64,000 bases of DNA from the NCBI GenBank assembly GCA_963842085.1, contig CAWJET010000001.1, forward strand, positions 1,920,001-1,984,000. The letters are read 5' to 3'. This document shows positions 54,071 through 62,686 of the stretch, one piece after another. Both the position numbers and the translations under genes were made by a program. The notes below the pieces were generated by a model. That model was not told the origin of the DNA, made no database searches, and saw only the letters and a list, made by a program, of their open reading frames with translations. Numbering within the stretch: the first letter of the stretch is position 1; each line of letters begins with the position of its first letter. The stretch comes from an uncultured delta proteobacterium. Lineage in GTDB: Bacteria; Desulfobacterota; Binatia; Binatales; Binataceae.

Positions 54071-54086
54071 TGTTTCACGTGAAACG
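54071..54086. promoter_or_regulatory. parS site 5
   Basis: TGTTTCACGTGAAACG. Confidence 0.92.
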
Positions 54087-54120
54087 TTCCTGAAGAGGCT
54101 CCTTTCAATGGGTGCAGGGG

Positions 54121-55989
54121 TCACCCCTGCCGGGCGCGCCGGCTCTTGATATGGACCGCAAGGATCGAGATTGCCGCCGGCGTGATTCCCGGCATCCGGG
54201 CCGCCTGCCCGAGCGAACGCGGTCGCACGGCTGACAGGCGCTCAGACACTTCGGTCGAAAGACCCATCACGCCCTTGAAATCCACCCAGCCCGGTATCGT
54301 CGTGTCCTCGAGGCGCGCGAACCGCTCGACCGCCTCCGCTTGCCGGCGAACGTAGCCCTCGTACTTGACCTCGGTCTCGAGCTCGGCGGCTTCGTCGAGG
54401 TTCAGCTCGGGATCGACGCCGCTCATCTTCAGCAAGGCGTCGTTGCCGATTTCGGGACGCTTGAGCAGCTCGATCGCGCGCACCGGCTGCGCGATCGGCG
54501 TCGAGCCGGACGCCGCAAGCAGCGCGTTGACCTCGTCGGACGCCGGTATCAGCGCCGATTTGAGCCGCTCGATCTCGCGGCGTACCGCCTCGGTCTTGGC
54601 GCGAACGCGCGCGCCCGCCGACGCGTCGAGCAATCCCAGCCGCTCGCCAATCGGCGACAGCCGGCGGTCCGCATTATCCTCGCGCAGCAGCAGCCGGTAC
54701 TCGGCGCGCGAGGTGAACATCCGGTACGGCTCGCCGCCGATCCCGCGGGTCACCAGGTCGTCGATCATCACGCCGATGTAGGCCTGGTCGCGGCGCAGGA
54801 TTAGCGACGGCTCGCCGCGGACCGTGAGCGCGGCGTTGATTCCCGCGAGCAGACCCTGCGCGCCCGCCTCTTCATAGCCGGTAGTGCCGTTGATTTGCCC
54901 GGCGAAGAACAGGCCGCGCACCAGCTTGGTCTCGAGCGACGGCGTCAACTGCGTCGGGTCCGAGAAGTCGTACTCGATCGCGTAGCCGGGACGCATGATT
55001 TCCGCCTGCTCGAGCCCGGCGATCGAACGCACCATCGCGAGCTGGACATCGAGCGGCAGGCTGGTGGACAGGCCGTTAGGATAAACCTCGACCGTGTCGC
55101 GGCCTTCGGGCTCGAGGAAAATCTGGTGGCGCTCCTTGTCCCGAAAGCGCATCACCTTGTCCTCGACCGACGGGCAATAGCGCGGCCCCTTGCTCCGGAT
55201 CACGCCGGAGTACATTGGGGAGCGGTCGATACCGCCGCGAATTATCTCGTGGGTGCGCGAGTTGGTGAACGTCAGGTGGCAGGGAATCTGCGCCTGCGTG
55301 ATGCGTTCGGTGCGGAACGAGAACGGCGGCGGCGGCTCGTCGCCCGGCTGGAGCTCGAGCGCGGAGTAGTCGATCGTGCGAGCGTCGAGGCGCGGACAGG
55401 TCCCGGTCTTGAGGCGGCCGATATGGAAGCCCAGTTGCGCGAGATGATCGCTGAGACCCATCGCGGCGAAGTCGCCGGCGCGGCCCGCGGAATAATTCTG
55501 CAAGCCGATATGGACGAGGCCTTTCAGGAACGTGCCGGTAGTGAGGATGACGGCGGGCGCCTCGAACACCTCGCCAATCTGCGACTCGACGCCGCGCACC
55601 GCGCCGTCGGCGACGAGCAGGCGCTCGACGCTCGCCTGCCGCACCTGCAGGTTGGCGGTGCGCTCGAGCACGCGCTTGCTGCGCGCGCGATAGGCGGCCT
55701 TGTCGGCCTGCGCGCGGCGGGCGCGAACGGCGGGGCCCTTGCGCGTGTTTAGAAACCGGAACTGGATGCCGGTCTCGTCGGCCGCCAGGCCCATCTCGCC
55801 GCCGAGCGCGTCGATCTCGCGGACCAGGTGGCCCTTGCCGATGCCGCCGATCGCCGGGTTGCACGACATCTGGCCGATATGGTCGAGGTTGAGCGTGAGC
55901 ATCAGGGTGCTCGCGCCCATCCGGGCGGCGGCGAGCGCGGCCTCGATGCCGGCATGGCCGGCGCCGACGATGATGACGTCGTAGGTCAT
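54121..55989 (-). CDS. mnmG: tRNA U34 carboxymethylaminomethyl modification enzyme (GidA)
   Basis: GAGHAG, MSCNPAIGG, GPRYCPS, AGQINGTTGYEEA and YRMFTSRAEYRL motifs. Confidence 0.97.
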   Translation of the reverse strand: MTYDVIIVGAGHAGIEAALAAARMGASTLMLTLNLDHIGQMSCNPAIGGIGKGHLVREIDALGGEMGLAADETGIQFRFLNTRKGPAVRARRAQADKAAYRARSKRVLERTANLQVRQASVERLLVADGAVRGVESQIGEVFEAPAVILTTGTFLKGLVHIGLQNYSAGRAGDFAAMGLSDHLAQLGFHIGRLKTGTCPRLDARTIDYSALELQPGDEPPPPFSFRTERITQAQIPCHLTFTNSRTHEIIRGGIDRSPMYSGVIRSKGPRYCPSVEDKVMRFRDKERHQIFLEPEGRDTVEVYPNGLSTSLPLDVQLAMVRSIAGLEQAEIMRPGYAIEYDFSDPTQLTPSLETKLVRGLFFAGQINGTTGYEEAGAQGLLAGINAALTVRGEPSLILRRDQAYIGVMIDDLVTRGIGGEPYRMFTSRAEYRLLLREDNADRRLSPIGERLGLLDASAGARVRAKTEAVRREIERLKSALIPASDEVNALLAASGSTPIAQPVRAIELLKRPEIGNDALLKMSGVDPELNLDEAAELETEVKYEGYVRRQAEAVERFARLEDTTIPGWVDFKGVMGLSTEVSERLSAVRPRSLGQAARMPGITPAAISILAVHIKSRRARQG

Positions 55990-56112
55990 GGCGAGCAGCG
56001 ATTATGGCCCGCGCGGGCGAATCGCGCAAAGGGCGGAGCGCGCGCCGCCGGCGATGTCTATAAGTAGGCTTATACTACATATGGTAGAGAATATGTTGCA
56101 TCGCGGCGATTA

Positions 56113-56126
56113 TTAACTATAGTTAA
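56113..56126. promoter_or_regulatory. Perfect AT-rich palindrome, putative repressor operator
   Basis: TTAACTATAGTTAA ends 4 bp before the ATG at 56131. Confidence 0.6.
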
Positions 56127-56130
56127 GTAC

Positions 56131-56889
56131 ATGGCCATCACCCAGAGCTGGGACCCCGACGCCTACGCGCGCAACGCCCGCTTCGTCTCCGAGCTCGGCG
56201 CGCCGGTCGTCGAACTGCTGGCGCCGCGCGCCGGCGAGCGAATCCTCGACCTCGGATGCGGCGACGGCGCGCTCACGCTGAAGCTTGCCGAGGCGGGCTG
56301 CGAGGTCGTCGGCGTGGACTCGAGCGCGCCCCAGGTCGAGGCGGCGCGCCGCCGCGGACTGGACGCGCGCGTCGCCGGCGGCGAGCGGCTGGCCTTCGAC
56401 GCCGAGTTCGACGCCGTGTTCAGCAACGCCGCAATCCACTGGATGAAGCCGGCCGACGACGTGATCGCCGGCGTCTGGCGCGCGCTGCGGCCCGGCGGCC
56501 GTTTCGTCGGGGAGTTCGGCGGCCACGGCTGCGTCGCGACGATCAAGCGCGCGCTGATCGAGGCGCTTGGGCGCCGCGGTATCGACGGCGACGCGCTCAA
56601 CCCGTGGTACTTCCCGACCGTCGAGGATTATTCGGCGCGGCTCGCGCTGCGCGGATTCGCCGTCAGGTACATCGCATTGATTCCGCGCCCCACGCCGCTG
56701 CCCACTGAAATCAACGGATGGCTGGAGACGTTTGCGCAGAGCTTCATGGCGCCGCTGGCGGACAATGAGCGCGCAGGTTTTATCGACGAGGTGCGCGAGG
56801 CGCTGCGGCCAGAACTCTGCGACGGCGGCGGCAACTGGTTCGCCGATTACGTTCGGCTGCGTTTTGCCGCCGACAAGCCGGCTGCCTGA
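56131..56889 (+). CDS. Class I SAM methyltransferase (trans-aconitate methyltransferase-like)
   Basis: ILDLGCGDG, FDAVFSNAAIHW and ADYVRLRF motifs. Confidence 0.85.
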   Translation: MAITQSWDPDAYARNARFVSELGAPVVELLAPRAGERILDLGCGDGALTLKLAEAGCEVVGVDSSAPQVEAARRRGLDARVAGGERLAFDAEFDAVFSNAAIHWMKPADDVIAGVWRALRPGGRFVGEFGGHGCVATIKRALIEALGRRGIDGDALNPWYFPTVEDYSARLALRGFAVRYIALIPRPTPLPTEINGWLETFAQSFMAPLADNERAGFIDEVREALRPELCDGGGNWFADYVRLRFAADKPAA

Positions 56890-56940
56890 CACCGTGGGCG
56901 ATTGAGTTCGTACGCGTCCGGCGGCAGTATTCCGTGCGAG

Positions 56941-57684
56941 ATGAACATCTTTCGCGAATTGACCGAGGGCCTGCCGCGGCAGGCGCCCGGCTCCGCAGCG
57001 GCAACGCTGCGCGCGCTGGGCCTGGTGCGCAAGCTGCCGCCGCACCCGCGGATTCTGGATGTCGGATGCGGTCCCGGCGCGCAGACCATCGAGCTTGCGC
57101 GCGCCACCCACGGCTGGCTCGTGGCGGTCGATATCCGCCAGCGATTTCTCGACGAACTGACCGAACGCGCCGGTGCGGCGGGAGTGCTGCCTCAGGTGAC
57201 GACGATCAACACCTCGATGTTCGACATGGATTTCGCCGACGCGTCGTTCGACCTGGTGTGGTCCGAGGGCGCCATCTACATTCAGGGATTTGCCGCCGGC
57301 CTTCGCGCGTGGGGGCGGTTCCTGAAGCCGGGCGGATGGATCGCGGTCTCCGAGCTGACGTGGCTGGTGCCCGATCCGCCGGCCGAAGCCGCCGCATACT
57401 GGGCGCGCAGCTATCCCGGCATGGGATCGATCGAGCGCAACTGCGAGATCATTGCGGAAGCGGGATACGTGAGCATGGATGGGTTCGTGCTTCCGGTGGC
57501 GGATTGGTGGAACAACTACTACGGGCCGGCCGAGCGGCGGGTCGAGGAGCTGAGAGAAAAGTACGCCGGCGACGGCGAGGTGCTCGCGAGCCTCGACGAG
57601 GCGCAGCGCGAGCACGATCTGTTCCGCGCATATCACGACGCCTACGGCTACGTCTTTTACGTGATGCGCAAGCCCGCCGCGTAA
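56941..57684 (+). CDS. Class I SAM methyltransferase
   Basis: RQAPG, ILDVGCGPG, FDLVWSEGAIY and YGYVFY motifs. Confidence 0.85.
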   Translation: MNIFRELTEGLPRQAPGSAAATLRALGLVRKLPPHPRILDVGCGPGAQTIELARATHGWLVAVDIRQRFLDELTERAGAAGVLPQVTTINTSMFDMDFADASFDLVWSEGAIYIQGFAAGLRAWGRFLKPGGWIAVSELTWLVPDPPAEAAAYWARSYPGMGSIERNCEIIAEAGYVSMDGFVLPVADWWNNYYGPAERRVEELREKYAGDGEVLASLDEAQREHDLFRAYHDAYGYVFYVMRKPAA

Positions 57685-57805
57685 TTTGCTGCAATGTTTG
57701 CGGTAAGCAGGGCAGGAAGCTAGCATCCCTTTCGCGCCAGCTACGCGGGCTTGCGTCCCGCAGCGATCGGTCGCGGAACCACAGTTTCGCAGGGGGAGAA
57801 AATCG

Positions 57806-57922
57806 ATGGTTGCGATTACTCGTTACGACGGTAAGCGGCCCATTCTGAGTGCCGTGTTTGCGATTGCGTTGCTTGCGGCGATCGCTGAGGGCACGGTCTC
57901 CGCAAAAATTCACGCAAGGTAG
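57806..57922 (+). CDS. 38-aa small ORF with one hydrophobic helix (small membrane protein or truncated exported-protein gene)
   Basis: GGGGGAG RBS; translates as MVAITRYDGKRPILSAVFAIALLAAIAEGTVSAKIHAR; below the ORF-track size cutoff. Confidence 0.4.
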   Translation: MVAITRYDGKRPILSAVFAIALLAAIAEGTVSAKIHAR

Positions 57923-58022
57923 CCCGCCGCCTGACTCACTCTCCGCGGTTGTTTCCCTTCCCTCTGCGGGAAGAGCCGGCCGTGAGCGAAGTCGAAGGGA
58001 GTTAGCTAAACCTCAATAACGA

Positions 58023-58865
58023 GTGAAGAACATGGCGACAGGCACTTCCACCGGCAACGATGCGATGGCTTTCCCGCACGCGGCGCGTCGCGTCGCGACG
58101 CCCGTCGAATCGTCGCAAGACCGCGTTGCGAGTTCCGCGCCCCTCGAGCGCGAGCGTTTGTTCTACGTGATCGCCTCGTTAGCGATGCTCGTCATCACTG
58201 CGATCGGCTTCAGGCAGTTCCTTCTCCACGGAAGGTCAATCGGCGGCGAGCCGATGACCCCGCAAATCGTGGGCCTCATTGTCATTCATGGGTCCGCGAT
58301 GCTCGGATGGGTATTGCTTCTTTTCGTCCAGAGCCTGCTGATCCTCAGTGGACGCCCGAGCCTCCACGTGATGCTCGGCCGCGTGGGCGCGGTGCTTGCG
58401 GCCGCGATCGTGATCCTGGGCCCGATAGTGGCGCCGCTGTCCGCGCATTTCAATCCCAACATCTACATCCCATTCGGAGGCGCGAGATTTTTCATGGCGC
58501 TTGCCGTTGCCGGCCCTATCATGTTCGGCGTGCTTGCCGCCATCGGCCTTGCCAATCGCCATCGGCCCGAGGTCCATCGCCCGATGATGCTGCTGGCGAC
58601 GCTCGCGATAATGACCGGGGCGATCGACCGAGCGCCCCACATGCCGTGGGTCATCGGCCTCGTCCGCGGCAACGTTCCGCTGTTTCATTGGGGCCAGGTA
58701 TTGTTACTCGGCGCGATCCTGTTCGCCCTGCACGCCGTGATGACCCGCCGCCCCAGTCGATACTACGTGATGGGCTACGCCGGCCTGGCGGTCGTGTGCC
58801 TTCTCGCCACCGTCGTCGCCCGCAGCGCCGCATGGGATCAACTCGCAAGCCTGGTAGTTCGGTGA
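58023..58865 (+). CDS. Hypothetical polytopic membrane protein with conserved His residues
   Basis: About 7 TM helices with IHG, LHVMLG and HRPMMLLAT motifs. Confidence 0.7.
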   Translation: MKNMATGTSTGNDAMAFPHAARRVATPVESSQDRVASSAPLERERLFYVIASLAMLVITAIGFRQFLLHGRSIGGEPMTPQIVGLIVIHGSAMLGWVLLLFVQSLLILSGRPSLHVMLGRVGAVLAAAIVILGPIVAPLSAHFNPNIYIPFGGARFFMALAVAGPIMFGVLAAIGLANRHRPEVHRPMMLLATLAIMTGAIDRAPHMPWVIGLVRGNVPLFHWGQVLLLGAILFALHAVMTRRPSRYYVMGYAGLAVVCLLATVVARSAAWDQLASLVVR

Positions 58866-59095
58866 ACAACGCTGCTTCAATTTTGATTATTTGATCTCTA
58901 ATACTTCCTTGGTTATGATTCGTCCACGGGCGAACCAGGCCGGTCCGGTTACGCTCTACGCCGAACCATCGAAATAGGAATTTCATAGTTAGGGGTTAGA
59001 TCGCCCGGATCAATCGCGGCTGCTTGCTCGCTTTCATTTCTTGCCGATCTGGGTTACCTGTTGCGGTACAAATCATTAGACCTGCGAGGAACGAA

Positions 59096-60286
59096 ATGGA
59101 CTTTTCGCTGACCCCAAAAACCGAACAGTTGCGCAAACGCGTCTCCGACTTCATGGACCAGTACGTCTTCCCGATCGAAAAAGAAGTTGGGCGCGCGATG
59201 GGCGAGAGCGGCAATACCGAGCCGCAATCGCTCAAAGACGTCCGCAAGAAAGCCAAGGCCGAGGGGCTGTGGAACCTCTTTTTGCCGGACGAGAAATTCG
59301 GCGCCGGACTCAAGAACTACGAGTATGCGCCGCTGTGCGAGTTGATGGGCCGCAGCCCGATCGGCGCGCGCGCGTTCAACTGCATGGCGCCCGACACCGG
59401 CAACATGGAAATTCTGACCGAGTTCGGCACGCCCGAGCAGAAAAAGAAGTGGCTGCAGCCGTGCCTCGACGGCGAGATGCGCACCTGCTTCTCGATGACC
59501 GAGCCTGACACTCCGGGCTCCGACCCGACCCAGCTCAAGACCCGCGCGGTGCGCGACGGCGACAACTACGTGATCAACGGCCACAAGTGGTTCACGTCGA
59601 ATGCGATCGGCTCGAGCTTCGCGATCGCGATGGTGGTGACCGACCCCGACGCGGAGCCGCATCGCCGCGCCAGCCAGATAATCGTTCCGACCGACACTCC
59701 GGGATTCAACCTGATTCGGCCGGTGCCGGTGATGGGCCACACCGGCGGCGGCGGGCATTGCGAGATAATCTACAAGGACTGCCGCGTGCCGGTGACCAAC
59801 CTGCTGGGCGAGGAAGGCGGCGGCTTCGCGATCTCGCAGGCGCGGCTGGGCCCGGGGCGCATCCACCACTGCATGCGAACTATCGGGGTAGCAGAACGCG
59901 CGCTCGAACTGATGTGCAAGCGGGCGAACACGCGCTTCACGCACGGCAGCTACCTGGCTGAAAAGTCGAACATCCAGGAGTGGATCGCCAACTCGCGCAT
60001 CGAGATCGACTCGTGCCGCCTGATGGTGATGCACGCGGCGTGGAAGATGGACACCGCGGGCAAGAGCGCCGCGCGCAACGAGATCGCGATGATCAAGGTG
60101 ATGTGCGCGAACATGGTGATGATCGTGCTCGATCGCGCGATCCAGGTGTTCGGCGCGGCGGGCGTCAGCGACGACTTCCCGATCGCGCGGATGTGGCGCG
60201 ACAGCCGCTCGCTCAGAATCGCCGACGGCCCCGACGAAGTGCATCGCATGGTTATCGCGCGCCGAGAACTGCGCAAATACAAATAG
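59096..60286 (+). CDS. Acyl-CoA dehydrogenase (ACAD10/11/LvaC-like)
   Basis: GLWNLFL, NCMAPDTGNME, FSMTEP, QARLGPGRIHHCMR and RIADGPDEVH motifs. Confidence 0.92.
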   Translation: MDFSLTPKTEQLRKRVSDFMDQYVFPIEKEVGRAMGESGNTEPQSLKDVRKKAKAEGLWNLFLPDEKFGAGLKNYEYAPLCELMGRSPIGARAFNCMAPDTGNMEILTEFGTPEQKKKWLQPCLDGEMRTCFSMTEPDTPGSDPTQLKTRAVRDGDNYVINGHKWFTSNAIGSSFAIAMVVTDPDAEPHRRASQIIVPTDTPGFNLIRPVPVMGHTGGGGHCEIIYKDCRVPVTNLLGEEGGGFAISQARLGPGRIHHCMRTIGVAERALELMCKRANTRFTHGSYLAEKSNIQEWIANSRIEIDSCRLMVMHAAWKMDTAGKSAARNEIAMIKVMCANMVMIVLDRAIQVFGAAGVSDDFPIARMWRDSRSLRIADGPDEVHRMVIARRELRKYK

Positions 60287-60308
60287 CGCCGACGGTTTCG
60301 CATCGCGC

Positions 60309-61403
60309 ATGGCTGAAGCGGTAGAAATCGTCCCTGAATTCGGCGACGTCCGCGACGAGGAGCAGCTCGACTGGGGCAAGCTGGCGGCGTACCTGCGCGG
60401 CAGGCTTCCCGGCGCCGACGCGCCCATGACGATCAAGCAGTTTCGCGGCGGCTCCTCGAATCTCACCTACCTGCTGCGCTTCGGCGAACGGGAATGGGTG
60501 ATGCGCCGGCCGCCGTTCGGCCCGCTGCCGGTCGGCGGGCATGACATGGGCCGCGAATACCGCGTGCTCTCGCGGCTGTGGGAGGTGTTCAAGCCGGCGC
60601 CGCGCGGGATGCTCTACAGCGACGACGCGTCGATCGTCGGTGCGCCGTTTTTCGTGATGGAACGCCGCAACGGCATCGTAATCAAGAACCGGCAGCCGCT
60701 GCCGGCCGAACTCGGCAACGATCCGGCGACGTTTCGCGCGATGTCGCAGGGATTCATCGACACGCTGGCCGATCTGCACGGCGTCGATTACACGGCGATC
60801 GGACTCGCGTCGCTCGGCAAGCCCGACGGATTCCTGAAACGCCAGATCACCGGATGGATGGCGCGATGGGAGAAGGCGAAGACGCGCGAAGTGCCGCTGA
60901 TGGAGAAACTCGGCGCGTGGTTTCTCGACAACATGCCGGTGTCGCCGCCGCCGGTGCTCGTGCACAACGACTTCTACCTGCACAACATCATGGTCGGCGC
61001 GGTGAATCACGGCGAGATAGTGGGAGTGTTCGACTGGGAGATGTCGACGATTGGCGACCCGCTGGTGGATCTCGGCATCGTCTTGAACTACTGGCGCGAC
61101 AGGAATGACCCGCCCGAACTGCTCGGGACCTCGCAGGGCGAGGCGCATACGCTGCGGCCCGGGTTCATGAGCCGCGACGAATTGCTGCATCGCTATGCGA
61201 GCCGCACCGGCCGCGACGTTAGCGGTATCGCGTTCTACTGGGCATGGGCGCACTGGAAGACGGCGACGGTGGTCGAGCAGATCTACGTGCGCTACGTGCG
61301 CGGGCAGACGACGGATCCGCGGTTCGCGCTGATGGGCCCGATGGCGCCGGCGCTGGCGCTGGCGGCAGCGCAGGTCGCGTCGCGGCTGGGCTTCAAGGGC
61401 TAG
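60309..61403 (+). CDS. APH-fold phosphotransferase family protein (LvaA/ACAD10 kinase-like)
   Basis: GGSSNLTY, RRPP, HDMGRE, VHNDF and DWEMSTIGDPLVDLG motifs. Confidence 0.9.
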   Translation: MAEAVEIVPEFGDVRDEEQLDWGKLAAYLRGRLPGADAPMTIKQFRGGSSNLTYLLRFGEREWVMRRPPFGPLPVGGHDMGREYRVLSRLWEVFKPAPRGMLYSDDASIVGAPFFVMERRNGIVIKNRQPLPAELGNDPATFRAMSQGFIDTLADLHGVDYTAIGLASLGKPDGFLKRQITGWMARWEKAKTREVPLMEKLGAWFLDNMPVSPPPVLVHNDFYLHNIMVGAVNHGEIVGVFDWEMSTIGDPLVDLGIVLNYWRDRNDPPELLGTSQGEAHTLRPGFMSRDELLHRYASRTGRDVSGIAFYWAWAHWKTATVVEQIYVRYVRGQTTDPRFALMGPMAPALALAAAQVASRLGFKG

Positions 61404-61405
61404 CG
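61319..61405 (+). repeat. 87-bp direct repeat, left copy (3' end of the phosphotransferase gene)
   Basis: Identical to 62267-62353 except for one base. Confidence 0.95.
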
Positions 61406-61517
61406 AGTCTCTGCATCGCTGACGCCGAACGCGGGGAGCAGCCGATCTTATTTTTGCGTCTTACTCTTCCATCATCCTGAGCGCAGCGAAGGATCTCGCG
61501 CGCCAGCGCCGTTTCCG

Positions 61518-61850
61518 CTATGCCGCCCGTCGCGGCTTTGGCATGGCGATATAGGAAGCAACTTCTTTTCTGCTAGCGCCCATTCGCAGAAGTGATCGCA
61601 CCATCAGATCAATACTGACCGAAGGATCGGCGGCCTCCATTTTAGCTACCCTGGACTGGCTCGAACCCAGCAGGCGACCTAGCTGCGCTTGAGTCATTCG
61701 GCGGCGGTTTCTTTGCTTTCTTACCGCGCCGGCAAGTCCGAGCTTGACCTCAACCAGCGCGCTTTCCTCATCGCTGAGCCCAAGAAAGTCCGTGGTGCTT
61801 CCGACTTTCCATCCCGCGTCTTCCAATCGCCGTCTTTTACGCTTCTGCAT
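61518..61850 (-). CDS. XRE-family HTH antitoxin (HigA-like)
   Basis: MTQAQLGRLLGSSQSRVAKMEA helix-turn-helix, downstream of the toxin gene. Confidence 0.85.
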   Translation of the reverse strand: MQKRKRRRLEDAGWKVGSTTDFLGLSDEESALVEVKLGLAGAVRKQRNRRRMTQAQLGRLLGSSQSRVAKMEAADPSVSIDLMVRSLLRMGASRKEVASYIAMPKPRRAA

Positions 61851-61860
61851 CGCTCATTCC

Positions 61861-62202
61861 CTAGCCGGCCAGTTCGTCATACCGCCGCAAACGTGACCGG
61901 CATCGATCGATCACGTCACCCGGCGTTCGACGAGTCTTCTTGCTGAACACATCAACTATCACGATGGCATCTGGATCAGTCCGGTACACTATCCGCCACG
62001 TATCGTCTCGGTCGACGACCCTCAGTTCGTGACACCGAGTTCCGATCGCAGCCATCGGCCGCGAATGCGGCAAGGAAAGACTCTCGCCCTGTTGCAAACG
62101 CCGCAGAAGTACCCCGGTCTCGATTCGGCCTTCCCGTGAAAATGGCGGTGTCTTGATCTCGCCATGCAGCCAGACCAAGGGTTTGTCTCCGGCCCTGGTC
62201 AC
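61861..62202 (-). CDS. RelE/ParE-superfamily toxin (HigB/Gp49-like)
   Basis: KPLVWL, LRRLQQG, HELRV, WRIVY and FSKKTRRTP motifs; toxin-first order; GTG 62202 preferred over ATG 62211. Confidence 0.85.
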   Translation of the reverse strand: MTRAGDKPLVWLHGEIKTPPFSREGRIETGVLLRRLQQGESLSLPHSRPMAAIGTRCHELRVVDRDDTWRIVYRTDPDAIVIVDVFSKKTRRTPGDVIDRCRSRLRRYDELAG

Positions 62203-62214
62203 TGAGCGCATCTT

Positions 62215-62230
62215 ATGTCAGATTTGACAT
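62215..62230. promoter_or_regulatory. Putative toxin-antitoxin operator inside the promoter
   Basis: ATGTCA-GATT-TGACAT lies between minus-strand TTGCGC (-35) and TAAGAT (-10). Confidence 0.65.
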
Positions 62231-62266
62231 CGAGCGCAAGCGCGGAATTACTTTCTGTGATTGCAT

Positions 62267-62353
62267 GCGGTTCGCGCTGATGGGCCCGATGGCGCCGGCG
62301 CTGGCGCTGGCGGCGGCGCAGGTCGCGTCGCGGCTGGGCTTCAAGGGCTAGCG
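62267..62353 (+). repeat. 87-bp direct repeat, right copy
   Basis: Duplicate of 61319-61405. Confidence 0.95.
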
Positions 62354-62686
62354 CTTTTCGCTCTTTCACTTTGCCAAAGCCATCATCGTTCTCCTGATGC
62401 GCGCGACGTTGCAAAGCATTGCGCGAGATTTCGCGGGGAGCTTGGCATCTCGCGATTTTCGGTCGAGCGATAATTCCCGCAATCGCCACGGTCTCAGTGG
62501 TGGCCCGCGTCTTGCGTGGTACCGCAGTGATGACCTGAATGGCCATCTCTCCGCGCCGAAGGTCACACTTATTGCGAGTATTTTTCACGCCTGGGAGGAC
62601 GGAAGAACGTTAAAGCTCGGGGCTGGCTGAGCAAGGACTCGTGTGTCGAATTGTCACAACTTTGGAATCTAATCAGGACACCGCAT

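Noticed and set aside
58866-58996. AT-rich spacer with a minus-strand ORF starting at 58986
   Set aside because: It has no RBS, runs antisense into a real gene and has no recognisable motif. It may be a decayed foreign fragment, but I cannot support that.
62354-62686. Long leader upstream of DUF1329 as a possible riboswitch or ncRNA
   Set aside because: I recognise no aptamer consensus or convincing terminator. An Rfam scan would be needed to decide.
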